Shown here piece by piece: positions 30,908 through 40,572 of a DNA stretch of 64,000 nucleotides. The stretch covers positions 4,470-68,469 of the forward strand of contig DPJL01000107.1 in NCBI GenBank assembly GCA_003543035.1. Reading direction: 5' to 3'. The stretch is from Micromonosporaceae bacterium. Its GTDB lineage: Bacteria; Actinomycetota; Actinomycetes; Mycobacteriales; Micromonosporaceae. The notes below the pieces were generated by a model. The model was not told the origin of the DNA and did no database searches. It was given only the letters and a program-made list of their open reading frames with translations. A program made the translations under genes and the position numbers. Each line of letters opens with the position of its first letter. The stretch's first letter is position 1.

Positions 30908-30947
30908 ACGCAAGCGTTCGCGCAAACGCTTGCGCGAACGCTTGCGT
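30908..30947. promoter_or_regulatory. Palindromic triple LacI-type operator
   Basis: Perfect 18-bp inverted repeat around a 4-nt centre, made of three tandem 12-mers: GCAAGCGTTCGC, GCAAACGCTTGC, GCGAACGCTTGC. Confidence 0.75.
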
Positions 30948-31048
30948 GGGTCATAACGTAACGCTTTGAGTCACGGATTGGAAACCCCACCGCAGAAAGT
31001 TCGCTCCCCGGCGGCGGCCACCGCCGGGGAGCGCTAAAGGAGGATCTG

Positions 31049-32059
31049 ATGGAGATTAGCTCAAGAGCGCGGCGATGGCCGGTCCTGGCCATCTCCGTGG
31101 TGCTGGCGCTAGGCGCGACCGCTTGCGGGAGCTCTGGAGAAGGCGACAATAGCGGTTCCACGAAGGTCAAAGTCGGTCTGATCACCAAGACCGAGACGAA
31201 TCCGTTCTTCGTCAAGATGAAGGAAGGCGCGCAGAAGGCCGCCGAGGCCAGCGGCGCGGAGCTGCTGACCGCCGCGGGCAAGTTCGACGGCGACAACGAA
31301 GGTCAGGTCACCGCCATCGAGAACATGGTCGTCGCCGGAGTGAAGGGCATTCTGATCACGCCCAGCGACACCAAGGCCATCGTCCCGGCGATCGCCAAGG
31401 CCAGAGCCGCCGGTGTGGTGGTGATCGCGCTCGACACGCCGACCGACCCGGAGAACGCCACGGACGCGCTTTTCGCCACGGATAACTTCAAGGCCGGTGA
31501 GTTGATCGGCCAGTTCGCCAAGGCGAAGATGGCCGGCAAGCCAGCGAAGATCGCCACATTGGACCTCGCGCCCGGTATCACCGTGGGCAAGCTGCGTCAC
31601 GACGGTTTCCTCAAAGGCTTTGGCATCGCCGACGGCGACCCGTCGGTCGTCTGCTCCCAGGACACCCAGGGCGACCAAGCCAAGGGCCAGACTGCTATGG
31701 AGAACTGCCTTCAGAAGGCGGCCGACATCAATCTGGTCTACACCATCAACGAGCCCGCCGCCCTGGGCGCCTACAACGCTCTTAAGGCAGCAGGTAAGGA
31801 GAAGGACGTCATCATCGTCTCCGTCGACGGCGGTTGCACCGGAGTCAAAGGTGTGACTGCAGGGCAGATCGCGGCCACTTCGCAGCAGTATCCGCTGAAG
31901 ATGGCAAGCCTTGGCGTCGAGGCGGTCGTTAAGTTCGCTAAGGACGGCACCAAGCCCTCCGGCTACACCGACACCGGCGTGACCCTGATCGCCGGGAGCC
32001 CGGCGCCCGGGGTGGACTCCAAGGACGCCGCCTTCGGCACCGCCAACTGCTGGGGCTAA
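31049..32059 (+). CDS. frcB: Fructose ABC substrate-binding lipoprotein (FrcB-like)
   Basis: Lipobox ATAC; 'LITKTETNPFFVKMKEGA', 'VYTINEPAA', 'SVDGGC', 'SQQYPLKMA'. Confidence 0.8.
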   Translation: MEISSRARRWPVLAISVVLALGATACGSSGEGDNSGSTKVKVGLITKTETNPFFVKMKEGAQKAAEASGAELLTAAGKFDGDNEGQVTAIENMVVAGVKGILITPSDTKAIVPAIAKARAAGVVVIALDTPTDPENATDALFATDNFKAGELIGQFAKAKMAGKPAKIATLDLAPGITVGKLRHDGFLKGFGIADGDPSVVCSQDTQGDQAKGQTAMENCLQKAADINLVYTINEPAALGAYNALKAAGKEKDVIIVSVDGGCTGVKGVTAGQIAATSQQYPLKMASLGVEAVVKFAKDGTKPSGYTDTGVTLIAGSPAPGVDSKDAAFGTANCWG

Positions 32060-32125
32060 GCAATCCGAGCGCCCCGGTTCCCCACGCGGGGATCGGGGCG
32101 TGTCAACACGAGAGAAAGACCAGCC

Positions 32126-33133
32126 ATGACCACCCAGACCGCCCTGCCACCGCCTGACGTGGCCAGCCCCGCCTCCCTCGCGTGGTGGCGGCGGGCACTC
32201 GCCATCCCGACCGTCGGGCCCATGCTGGCCCTGATACTCGCCTGCGTCTTCTTCGCCACGCAGTCCGACCGGTTCCTGACCGGCGGCAACCTCTCGCTCA
32301 TCATCCAGCAGGTGATGGTGGTCGGCACCCTCGCGATCGGACAGACGCTCATCATCCTGACCGCGGGGATCGACCTGTCCAACGGCGCGATTATGGCGCT
32401 GGGCAGCATCGTGATGACCAAACTGGCGGTGCAGACCGGGCTGCCGCCGCTGCTGGCGATCCTGGCCGGCATCGCCGTCTGCGCCGCCTTCGGCTACGCC
32501 AACGGCATGCTCGTCACGCGGATGGCCCTGCCACCCTTCATCGTGACCTTGGGCATGCTCAACATCGCGTTCGCGCTGACCCACATCTACTCCAACGAGG
32601 AGACCATCACCGGTCTGCCCGACACGTTGCTGTTCCTCGGCACCACCTTCTCCATCGGCGATACCCGCATCACGTATGGATCGGTGCTGACCATCCTGCT
32701 GTTCCTGTTCGCCGCCTACGTCCTGAGCCAGACCGCTTGGGGCAGAAGGGTTTACGCCGTCGGCAGCAATGCTGAGGCGACCAGGCTCACGGGTGTGCCG
32801 ATACAGCGCCTGATCCTGAGCGTTTATACCGTCGCCGGGGTGATCTACGGTATCGCGGCGCTTTTGCTGGTCGCCCGAACCGCGGTGGGCGACCCGAAGG
32901 CCGGGCAGACCGACAACCTGGAAAGCATCACCGCCGTCGTCCTCGGTGGGACCAGCTTGTTCGGTGGGCGGGGGGCGGTGATCGGTACCCTCATCGGCGC
33001 TTTGATCGTGGGTGTCTTCCGCAATGGCCTGCAACTGATGGGAGTACCGTCGATCTATCAGATCCTCATCACCGGCATCCTGGTGATCATCGCGGTGACG
33101 GTGGATCAGATCTCCCGACGGAGGACGCGATGA
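32126..33133 (+). CDS. frcC: Fructose ABC permease (FrcC-like)
   Basis: 'ILTAGIDLSNG', 'SITAVVLGGTSLFGGRG'. Confidence 0.78.
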   Translation: MTTQTALPPPDVASPASLAWWRRALAIPTVGPMLALILACVFFATQSDRFLTGGNLSLIIQQVMVVGTLAIGQTLIILTAGIDLSNGAIMALGSIVMTKLAVQTGLPPLLAILAGIAVCAAFGYANGMLVTRMALPPFIVTLGMLNIAFALTHIYSNEETITGLPDTLLFLGTTFSIGDTRITYGSVLTILLFLFAAYVLSQTAWGRRVYAVGSNAEATRLTGVPIQRLILSVYTVAGVIYGIAALLLVARTAVGDPKAGQTDNLESITAVVLGGTSLFGGRGAVIGTLIGALIVGVFRNGLQLMGVPSIYQILITGILVIIAVTVDQISRRRTR

Positions 33134-33969
33134 CCGCACCGCAAACGTCACTGCTCGCCGCACGCGGCCTGGTCAAGCACTACGGCCATATCACCGCGCT
33201 CGACGGAGCCGACTTCGACCTGGCCCATGGCGAGGTGCTGGCCGTCATCGGCGATAACGGGGCCGGCAAGTCCACCCTCATCAAGGCACTGACCGGAGCC
33301 GTCATCCCCGACGCGGGGGAGATCCTGCTCGACGGCAAGGGAGTGAGATTTCGCAATCCGCAGGAGGCCCGCAAACACGGGATCGAGACGGTCTACCAGG
33401 AGCTGGCTTTGGCTCCTTCACTCGACATCGCCACGAACATGTTCCTTGGGCGCGAGGTGCGCAGGCGTGGGCCGCTCGGTTCGGTGTTGCGGATGCTCGA
33501 CAAGCCGCGGATGCGAACCGAAGCCGCACAGCATATGGAACAGCTGAAGATCGGGCTCAGCTCGCTGACCCAAGCGGTGGAAACCTTGTCCGGCGGGCAG
33601 CGGCAGGGTGTTGCGGTGGCCCGGGCCGCCGCCTGGGCGAGCCACGTGGTGATTATGGACGAGCCCACCGCAGCCTTGGGGGTCAAGGAATCCGGCCAGG
33701 TGCTGGAGCTGATCGCCCGGGTGCGTGACAGCGGCCTGCCCGTCGTGCTCATCAGTCATAACATGCCGCAGGTGTTCGAGATCGCCGATCGTATTCACAT
33801 TCAGCGCCTTGGCCGCCGGGTCGCGTTGGTGGACAAGAAAGACTTCACCATGGCCGAAGTCGTCGCCATCATGACCGGTGCGCTGCAAGTGGACAAGCAC
33901 GGTCCGGATAGGACGATCGTCGTCGATAGCGCGGCCGCCGATGCCGCGGGAGTTGGTCACCGATCCTGA
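33130..33969 (+). CDS. frcA: Fructose ABC ATP-binding protein (FrcA-like)
   Basis: GDNGAGKST, LSGGQRQ, MDEPTAALGVKES. Confidence 0.78.
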   Translation: MTAPQTSLLAARGLVKHYGHITALDGADFDLAHGEVLAVIGDNGAGKSTLIKALTGAVIPDAGEILLDGKGVRFRNPQEARKHGIETVYQELALAPSLDIATNMFLGREVRRRGPLGSVLRMLDKPRMRTEAAQHMEQLKIGLSSLTQAVETLSGGQRQGVAVARAAAWASHVVIMDEPTAALGVKESGQVLELIARVRDSGLPVVLISHNMPQVFEIADRIHIQRLGRRVALVDKKDFTMAEVVAIMTGALQVDKHGPDRTIVVDSAAADAAGVGHRS

Positions 33970-34004
33970 AAAGTGCCCGCCGGCTCGACACCGGCGGGCA
34001 CTTT
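33970..34004. terminator. Bidirectional terminator between convergent genes
   Basis: AAAGTGCCCGCCGG-7 nt-CCGGCGGGCACTTT, perfect 14-bp stem. Confidence 0.85.
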
Positions 34005-34006
34005 GT

Positions 34007-36430
34007 TCAAGAGACGTTGATGTTCTGGATCAGCCCGGATCCGTTGAACACGTTGACCCCGAACTGGCCCGCGCTGTAGGCGGTGTCAATGGCGTCGATG
34101 ACCGGCTGGGCGCTGTTGACATAGACCTTGATGCTGGAACCGTCGGCCACCACCTTGAGGTGATAGCTGCGCGCCTCCAGGATCGTCATCGGGTAGACCG
34201 CGATGACATGGCCGGGCCTCCAAAGCTTTATATAGCCCTCAGTGTCAATGGTGGCCGTGTAGTGGGTGGCGGCGTCGGGTGAGGCCCGGAAGGTCAGCGC
34301 GGCGGCTCGGCCGTTGACGACGGTCAGATCGGCCTCATACGTGAAGTCGGCTCCCGACTGACTGCCCATCCGGAAGCCGTCGCCGCCATGCCTGCCGTGC
34401 AAACCGTTGCCCGGGACGGTCCACCGGCCGCTGACCGGATGCCAAGGCCCGGTGACATTGGACTGAAGACCCGCGGCGTTCACGAAGGTGTTCTGGACGA
34501 CGCCGCTTCCGCTGAAGACGTTGATGCCGAAATATCCGCTGGAGTAAGCGGTGTCGTTGCCGTCGATGACCGGTACCGAGCCGTGGTCCAAGTACACCTT
34601 GAAGTTCGAGCCGTCCGCGACGACTTTGAGGTGGTAGGTGCGACCGGCGGTGATCGGCGTGAGGTACACCCCGATGTCACGGCCCGGACGCCACAACTTG
34701 ACCAGCCCATTGCGGTCTATGTTGGCGGTGTAGTGCTGGGTCGCGTTGGCGTTGGCGCGCAACGTGATGGCCGCCGCGGCGGCGGTGTCCACGCGCAGAT
34801 CGGCCTCGTAGCTGAAATTCGAGCCGGTCTGGCCGCTCAGATAGAAACCGTCGCCGCTCGCCGTTCCCAGTTTGCCGTCCGCCACGTCTGTCCAGGCTCC
34901 ACCGGCGGCATGCCAGGGACCGGCGACATTGCCCGCGAGCGTGGCCTCGCCCGTGCCCCAGGCCGAACCGAGATGGTGGAACTGCAACGACACCAGGGTT
35001 ACGTCGCCGCCTTCGGCATACACCTGCACGCCAAGGCTTCCCGGTGTGGAGTCGAACTGGACATTGTCGGTGATGGACAGTTTGCCGTCGTTGCCGAAGA
35101 TTTCCAGCTGTCCGCGGTCGACGAGCAGGCGCAGTTTGACGCGCCCGCCGATCGGCGGCATCGGTGTTCCATAGAGGGTCTGGGCGGCCCGGTCGTATGT
35201 CACGTCTCGATCGAAGCTGCCGTCTGCTCGGGTATGCAGCTTGAGACCGAATCGGCTGGCCGTCGCCGTGGCGGTGTCGAATTCCGCGATGACCTCGTAG
35301 GTGTCCGCGCTGACGCCTTGCAGCGGATTGCTGGCCGGATCCGTGGTGATCAGATGGTTGGTGACGGTTTGCGTGCTCGTGCGCAGGCTTGCTAGCTCCG
35401 CGACGGGGTTGCGGGTGATCCGCAGCCCTTCTGGATAGCTGCGCAAGGCCAGTACGGCGGGGAAGGACGCGTTGCCGGTCCAGGTGGCGCCCTGGTTGCC
35501 GGGCATCCACACCATCTGCACGACACGGCCGTCGGGCATGTTGGCGAAGGTGAGACCGCCGTAGAAGGTTCCGAAATAGCTGTTGTTGCCGTGGTCCATG
35601 CGCTGTGGGCCCGGCCATGAGGTGGAAAACGTTGAGCCGTCAAAGGAACCGACCACGTATTCGCCGCTGGCGTCGGTCAGTACCCATTGGAGGTTGCCCG
35701 GGTCGCCGTCGACCGGCAGTGGGAACAGGTCCGGGCATTCCATCAGCCAGCCTGCCGCGTAACGGCTGCGGAAGGTCCAGGCAAGCAGGTTCGGGGAGGT
35801 ATAGATGTCCACGCCGGTGCCACCGTTGTCCGACCATACGGCCATGACCCAACGGTTCGTGGGGGGGTGCCAGAAGACCTTGGGATCACGGCTTATTCCG
35901 GCCGGGGTGACGACCTTGAGACCGTTCTGGTAGCTGTGAAACGTCTTCGCGCCGTCCGTGCTGTAGGCGAGGCTGACGCCGTTGGTGCCGGTGAACACAA
36001 CGATCGGCGCTTGGCCGCCGGACCCGAGCCCTGAGGTGTTGTTGTGGTCAACCACGCCTGCTCCCGACCACAGGTCGCCCGGATGAACGCCGGGCTCCAG
36101 GGCGATCGGTTTCTGGGTCCAGTGGACCAGATCGGGGCTCGTCGCATGTCCCCAGTGCATCGTGTCCCAGCCCAAACCGTGCGGATTGTGCTGGTAGAAA
36201 AGGTGATAGAGGCCGTTGTGGTAGAGCGGCGCGTTGATGTCGTTCATCCATCCACCGCGCGGGCTGAAATGAAACTGGCCCCGATACGGCTCGGTGTAAT
36301 CGGTATGCGGGTAAGGGAACTCTGGATAGTCAGAGACGGTCCCGGCTGTGGCGGGCATTGCCGGGGTGAGGATCAAGGTGCTGATGACTGCGGCCAGCGC
36401 CAGTAAGGCGCGGCGGGAGCGGCTACGCAT
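34007..36430 (-). CDS. Secreted GH32 levanase-like enzyme with two C-terminal CBM66-like domains
   Basis: RR signal peptide; WMNDINAP, WSGA, SRDPKVFW, ECPDLF; duplicated 'F.YEADL.V....AA...RA...AT.HYTA.ID..G..KLWRPG' domain. Confidence 0.88.
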   Translation of the reverse strand: MRSRSRRALLALAAVISTLILTPAMPATAGTVSDYPEFPYPHTDYTEPYRGQFHFSPRGGWMNDINAPLYHNGLYHLFYQHNPHGLGWDTMHWGHATSPDLVHWTQKPIALEPGVHPGDLWSGAGVVDHNNTSGLGSGGQAPIVVFTGTNGVSLAYSTDGAKTFHSYQNGLKVVTPAGISRDPKVFWHPPTNRWVMAVWSDNGGTGVDIYTSPNLLAWTFRSRYAAGWLMECPDLFPLPVDGDPGNLQWVLTDASGEYVVGSFDGSTFSTSWPGPQRMDHGNNSYFGTFYGGLTFANMPDGRVVQMVWMPGNQGATWTGNASFPAVLALRSYPEGLRITRNPVAELASLRTSTQTVTNHLITTDPASNPLQGVSADTYEVIAEFDTATATASRFGLKLHTRADGSFDRDVTYDRAAQTLYGTPMPPIGGRVKLRLLVDRGQLEIFGNDGKLSITDNVQFDSTPGSLGVQVYAEGGDVTLVSLQFHHLGSAWGTGEATLAGNVAGPWHAAGGAWTDVADGKLGTASGDGFYLSGQTGSNFSYEADLRVDTAAAAAITLRANANATQHYTANIDRNGLVKLWRPGRDIGVYLTPITAGRTYHLKVVADGSNFKVYLDHGSVPVIDGNDTAYSSGYFGINVFSGSGVVQNTFVNAAGLQSNVTGPWHPVSGRWTVPGNGLHGRHGGDGFRMGSQSGADFTYEADLTVVNGRAAALTFRASPDAATHYTATIDTEGYIKLWRPGHVIAVYPMTILEARSYHLKVVADGSSIKVYVNSAQPVIDAIDTAYSAGQFGVNVFNGSGLIQNINVS

Positions 36431-36512
36431 GGCTTGGTCCTTTTCGGTTGTTTCGGGTCCGGGCGCGGCGGAGGAGACGCGCCCGGACCCTTACCAGGGA
36501 GGGAGCCCGGTT

Positions 36513-37718
36513 TTAAGGGGTAGGCCGGAACGTGTAGTTCGTCGTGTACGGCTGGAACTGAGCCGACGTCGCGCTGTCGAGGATCTTGGTGGCGGTGGTG
36601 CTCCCGTCCAGGACGACGTTTTTCGCGGCCACGTTGCTCACCACGTTGTTGTTGGAGATGTGGTTCGCGTTCCCGGAGGCGACCAGGATGATCGATGGAG
36701 CCACACCCGATGGGACGATCTTGGACGGGTCCACGTTGTAGACGAACAGATTCGTGGTCACCATGTTGTTGTCTCCGCGGAGGTGGATCAGGCCATACAG
36801 GTCGTCCTTGCCGTTGTTGTAGGACTGCATCGGTGGCCACGGTTCGGCCTCGCGGCGGATGTGGTTGGCGCTTATCAGGTTTTCCTTGTTGAGCCCTTCG
36901 GAGTCGATGATGCCGGGATAGAAGCCGTGTATCCGGTTGGACGTGACGCTGCTGCGGGTGCAGCTCTTCAGATGCACGGCACTGCGCCCACGCGGGAAGA
37001 TGTTGTTGGCGCTGATGAGGAGGCCGTCGTGCTGTTCGGCGAAAATCGAGTACCCGACGTAACCCGCCCCGATCAGATTGTCGGTGACCTTCGAGGCCTG
37101 TCCGGAGCCGGTCAGTTCGATGCAGCTGCCGCACTCGGCGATGAAGTTGCCGCTCACACTGAGCGCGTCCGCATCGCGCACCACCAGGGCGTGTTCGAGA
37201 TAGACGAAGCCCATGCCCTGAATGCGCAGCGCGTCATTGGCGGTGGCGACTCGGATGCCGTACTTGCCGTTGAGGTAGGAGTTCTGGTGCGGCGTGAAGC
37301 TGATGCCGTCGAGGCAGAAGTTCTCGAACACCACCGAGCTCAGCCGCGGGTCACCGCCGCGTGAGACGAGAAACGCCTCGCTGTTGCCGTCGGTGTTCTC
37401 GACGCGGATCCGGCTGCCGCCGGGCCAGATTTCATGCCATGCCGAGGTGTTCCCGGCGTTATAGCGGATGCTCGAAGAAGTGAAGCCGTGGCCGGAGCCC
37501 TTGATGGTGAGGTAACTGATGTCGACGGTGACTCTGGTCTTGAGTGGATAGTCACCGGGCGGAATGTAGATGACAGCGCCGGGTTTGGACGACTGGTTGG
37601 GCTGGTCGAGCTTTATCCGGGCGATGATGTCGTTGATCAAGGCACCGATATCTGTGTAAGCCGTGATCGACGGGTTGCTGGAATGGGTCCAGGTCGTGAC
37701 ATCGAACAATGTGGACAC
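36513..37718 (-). CDS. GH91 beta-helix enzyme (inulin fructotransferase / DFA-III hydrolase family)
   Basis: 'DVTTW...DIGALINDII...PGAVIYIPPGDY', 'GMGFVYLEHAL', 'NFIAECGSCIEL', ends RPTP; RBS GAAAGGA. Confidence 0.9.
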   Translation of the reverse strand: MSTLFDVTTWTHSSNPSITAYTDIGALINDIIARIKLDQPNQSSKPGAVIYIPPGDYPLKTRVTVDISYLTIKGSGHGFTSSSIRYNAGNTSAWHEIWPGGSRIRVENTDGNSEAFLVSRGGDPRLSSVVFENFCLDGISFTPHQNSYLNGKYGIRVATANDALRIQGMGFVYLEHALVVRDADALSVSGNFIAECGSCIELTGSGQASKVTDNLIGAGYVGYSIFAEQHDGLLISANNIFPRGRSAVHLKSCTRSSVTSNRIHGFYPGIIDSEGLNKENLISANHIRREAEPWPPMQSYNNGKDDLYGLIHLRGDNNMVTTNLFVYNVDPSKIVPSGVAPSIILVASGNANHISNNNVVSNVAAKNVVLDGSTTATKILDSATSAQFQPYTTNYTFRPTP

Positions 37719-38103
37719 GGGCGAGTCCTTTCGCTATGGCCCGATGTTCGCGATCAGAGGAGTCCGATCAGCGTGTTGTGGTGGCGTGCCACCTCGCCTC
37801 GCGGCTGTGTGGCTGGCGGCCCGGCCTGCGTCGACGTGAGTTGTCCGGGCGTGAGTAGATAGGTGATCGGCAGGAAGCTGCCAGACAGCGCCTGCAGCAA
37901 CAGAACGCGACGGCCGATGGGCAAACCCGCGCCTTGCATCTGTCCTCCAAGTGGATCGGCTTGGACTTATGAAAAAAGGTTTTGGCAAGCCCATGCCGGG
38001 GTCACGGATGGGCTGGGTCTAGGCGATGGCTTGTTGCCGTACAGCTAACACGTGTTAGTACTCTTGTTGCGACCATGTGTCAAGCACATGTCGGGAGGTT
38101 AGA

Positions 38104-39120
38104 GTGCGCAGCGTGCAAAGTGAGCGCCGGGCATCTCAGCTGGACGTGGCAAAGCGGGCGGGCGTGTCGCGATCCACCGTCTCCTTCGTCATCAACGATG
38201 TCGCGGACGCCGGAATCTCGCAGGACACCCGCGAGCGCGTGTGGGCGGCAGCCCGCGAGCTCGGCTTCCGGCCCAACCAACTGGCGCGCGGTCTGCGTTC
38301 GAACAAGAGCAACGTTCTCGGATTGATCACCCAGGAGATCGCGAGCACGCCCTACGCGGTCGCGATCATCCGGGGTGCCCAGGACAGCGCTCAGCGCCAC
38401 GGCAAGACCCTGCTCATCATCGACACCGATGGCGCCCCGGCTGCGGCCGACGACGCGGTGATGAGGATGAAGCAGTGGCAGGTTGAGGGGCTGATTCTGG
38501 CCACCGAGCATCATCGCGAGCTGACCCTGCCAGCGAGCCTTGACGCCACCCCGGTGGTGCTGGCCGACTGCTTCACCGCCGGCGACAGAGTGCCGTGCAT
38601 CGTGCCCGATGAGCGGCAGGGCGGGCGGCTGGCCGCGCAGACCTTGCTGGCCGCGGGTCACCGCCGGATCGGCTTTATCAACGGGCCCAACAGTTACCCT
38701 GCCTCCGCCGGCCGTCTGCGCGGCTATCTTGACGCGCACAAGGCCTACCGGGCGAAGGTCGACGAACGGCTGATCCGCACAGGGGACTGGTGGCAGGAAT
38801 CGGCCACCAACCACACGAGCGAGTTGCTCGATCTGCCTGATCCGCCGACAGCCCTCTTCTGCGCCAACGACTGGATGGCCATGGGCGCTTACGACGCCAT
38901 CAAAGAGCGTGGCCTGCGCATCCCGGCCGACATTGCCGTCATCGGCTTCGACAACCGGGAGGAGATCGCCGCGCACATGCGGCCGACGCTCACGAGCGTC
39001 GCCCTGCCGTATCACGCCATGGGTCAGCGTGCTGTCGAGTACCTTCTGGGTGGCCCGGCCATGAGGCATGTGGGAAAGCTGAAGCTGGAGTGTCCATTGG
39101 TACGGCGGGATTCCGCCTGA
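38104..39120 (+). CDS. LacI-family transcriptional regulator
   Basis: 'DVAKRAGVSRSTVSFVIN', CANDWMA. Confidence 0.93.
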   Translation: MRSVQSERRASQLDVAKRAGVSRSTVSFVINDVADAGISQDTRERVWAAARELGFRPNQLARGLRSNKSNVLGLITQEIASTPYAVAIIRGAQDSAQRHGKTLLIIDTDGAPAAADDAVMRMKQWQVEGLILATEHHRELTLPASLDATPVVLADCFTAGDRVPCIVPDERQGGRLAAQTLLAAGHRRIGFINGPNSYPASAGRLRGYLDAHKAYRAKVDERLIRTGDWWQESATNHTSELLDLPDPPTALFCANDWMAMGAYDAIKERGLRIPADIAVIGFDNREEIAAHMRPTLTSVALPYHAMGQRAVEYLLGGPAMRHVGKLKLECPLVRRDSA

Positions 39121-39144
39121 CTCCACTCGTAACGCTTCCGTTAC

Positions 39145-39207
39145 TTGACAGCCACACGATCGACTTCATAAGCTGGACGCCAAAAGGTTTTGGCAAAAGG
39201 TTTTGGC
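39145..39207 (+). promoter_or_regulatory. Housekeeping-type promoter with tandem LacI operators
   Basis: TTGACA (39145)-18 nt-TAAGCT, then GCCAAAAGGTTTTGGC overlapping GGCAAAAGGTTTTGGC. Confidence 0.75.
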
Positions 39208-39255
39208 ACGGCATACGGCGATCCACCTAGTTCCATCCATGAAACGGAGTGAACG

Positions 39256-40572
39256 ATGAATTCTGGACGTGCGCAGGCTGTGCCCGCCGCGTTAACCCGC
39301 CGGCGCCTACTGGGCCTGTCGGCCGGAGCCGGAGTGGCACTGTTGGCCGCCGCTTGCGGGGCTGGCGGCGACAGCGGCGCCGAAGACAGCAAGACCCTCA
39401 ACCTCGTCTGTGAAGGCGGCGGCAAGATCGAGCTGCAGCCGGTGATCGATTTGTTCACGCAGCAGACAGGTGTCTCCATCAACGTCATCGAGCTGCCTTA
39501 CGACGGCCTCTACAACCGGCTCATCAGCGAGTTGTCCAGTGGCCAAGTCAGCTTCGACATCTGCGCCGTGGACGCGGTTTGGTTGCCGCTTTTCGCGGGC
39601 AAGCTGCAATCCATCGACGAGCTTTTCACCAGCGCGGTGAAAGCCGACCTCTTCCCGGCCTTGGTGAACGAGGCGAAGTCCAGCGGCCACTTCGTGGGCA
39701 TGCCGGTCTGGACCAACGCCGAAGTCCTGCTGTATCGCAAGGATCTGTTCGGCGATCCTGCCGAGCAGGCGGCTTTCGCCGCCAAATATGGCTACCCGCT
39801 TGCGCCGCCGACCACCTGGCAGCAGTTCACCGAGGTCGCTAGGTTCTTCACGCGTCCCGAGGCCAAGCTCTACGGTACCGACGTCAAGGGCGCGGTGGAG
39901 ACCGAGTACCTGGCGCATGTGCTCCAGGCCGGATCACCCGGCGTCGTGCTCGACGCGAATGGCGCCGTGATAGTGGACAACGCACAACACTTGGCGGCGT
40001 TGAAGTTCTACGCCGATCTCCACAATGTCCACAAGGTCTCGCCAGCCGGTGCGCCACAGATGGACTGGTCGGCGGCGCAGAACCTGTTCAACCAGGGCAC
40101 CACGGCGATGACCCGCTTCTGGGCGCACGCCTATCGGCAAATACCCGCCGATGCCGCCGTCGCGGGCAAGGTCGGGGTAGCCCCGATGATCGGTGGCGCG
40201 GCTGGTGTCGCGGGTATCCCCGGACCTTGGTACCTGTCGCTCCCACAGAACGGCGCCAAACAGGACCAGGCGAAGAAGTTCATCCAGGCCGCATACGACA
40301 ACAACGCCCTGAGCCTGCAGACGAAGCTCGGGCTCGCAGCCCGCAAGTCGGCCTATCAGGAATACGCCAGCAAGCCCGGCTTCGAGTCGTTCGGGCCGCT
40401 ACTGACCACATTGGACGCCAAGGCCACGACCACCCGCCCGGCCACACCGCACTGGCAAAAGATCGTGGACAGCGTCCTGATCCCGATGCTGCAGAAGGCT
40501 CTCAACCCCGGCGCCGACTACGCCGCGTTGCTCGCCCAGGCACGCACTCAGATCGAAGGCATTATCAAGTGA
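39256..40572 (+). CDS. Carbohydrate ABC substrate-binding Tat-lipoprotein (candidate difructose anhydride/inulobiose binder)
   Basis: TRRRLL Tat motif, lipobox AAAC, 'LLYRKDLF', 'PPTTWQQF'. Confidence 0.85.
   Translation: MNSGRAQAVPAALTRRRLLGLSAGAGVALLAAACGAGGDSGAEDSKTLNLVCEGGGKIELQPVIDLFTQQTGVSINVIELPYDGLYNRLISELSSGQVSFDICAVDAVWLPLFAGKLQSIDELFTSAVKADLFPALVNEAKSSGHFVGMPVWTNAEVLLYRKDLFGDPAEQAAFAAKYGYPLAPPTTWQQFTEVARFFTRPEAKLYGTDVKGAVETEYLAHVLQAGSPGVVLDANGAVIVDNAQHLAALKFYADLHNVHKVSPAGAPQMDWSAAQNLFNQGTTAMTRFWAHAYRQIPADAAVAGKVGVAPMIGGAAGVAGIPGPWYLSLPQNGAKQDQAKKFIQAAYDNNALSLQTKLGLAARKSAYQEYASKPGFESFGPLLTTLDAKATTTRPATPHWQKIVDSVLIPMLQKALNPGADYAALLAQARTQIEGIIK

Noticed and set aside
31109..33163. 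684-aa minus-strand ORF
   Set aside because: Antisense to frcB/frcC; typical high-GC shadow with no motifs.
37754..37939. Short ORF with an RR-hydrophobic stretch upstream of GH91, considered as a frameshifted signal peptide
   Set aside because: Out of frame and stops before GH91, which has its own RBS; no supporting evidence.
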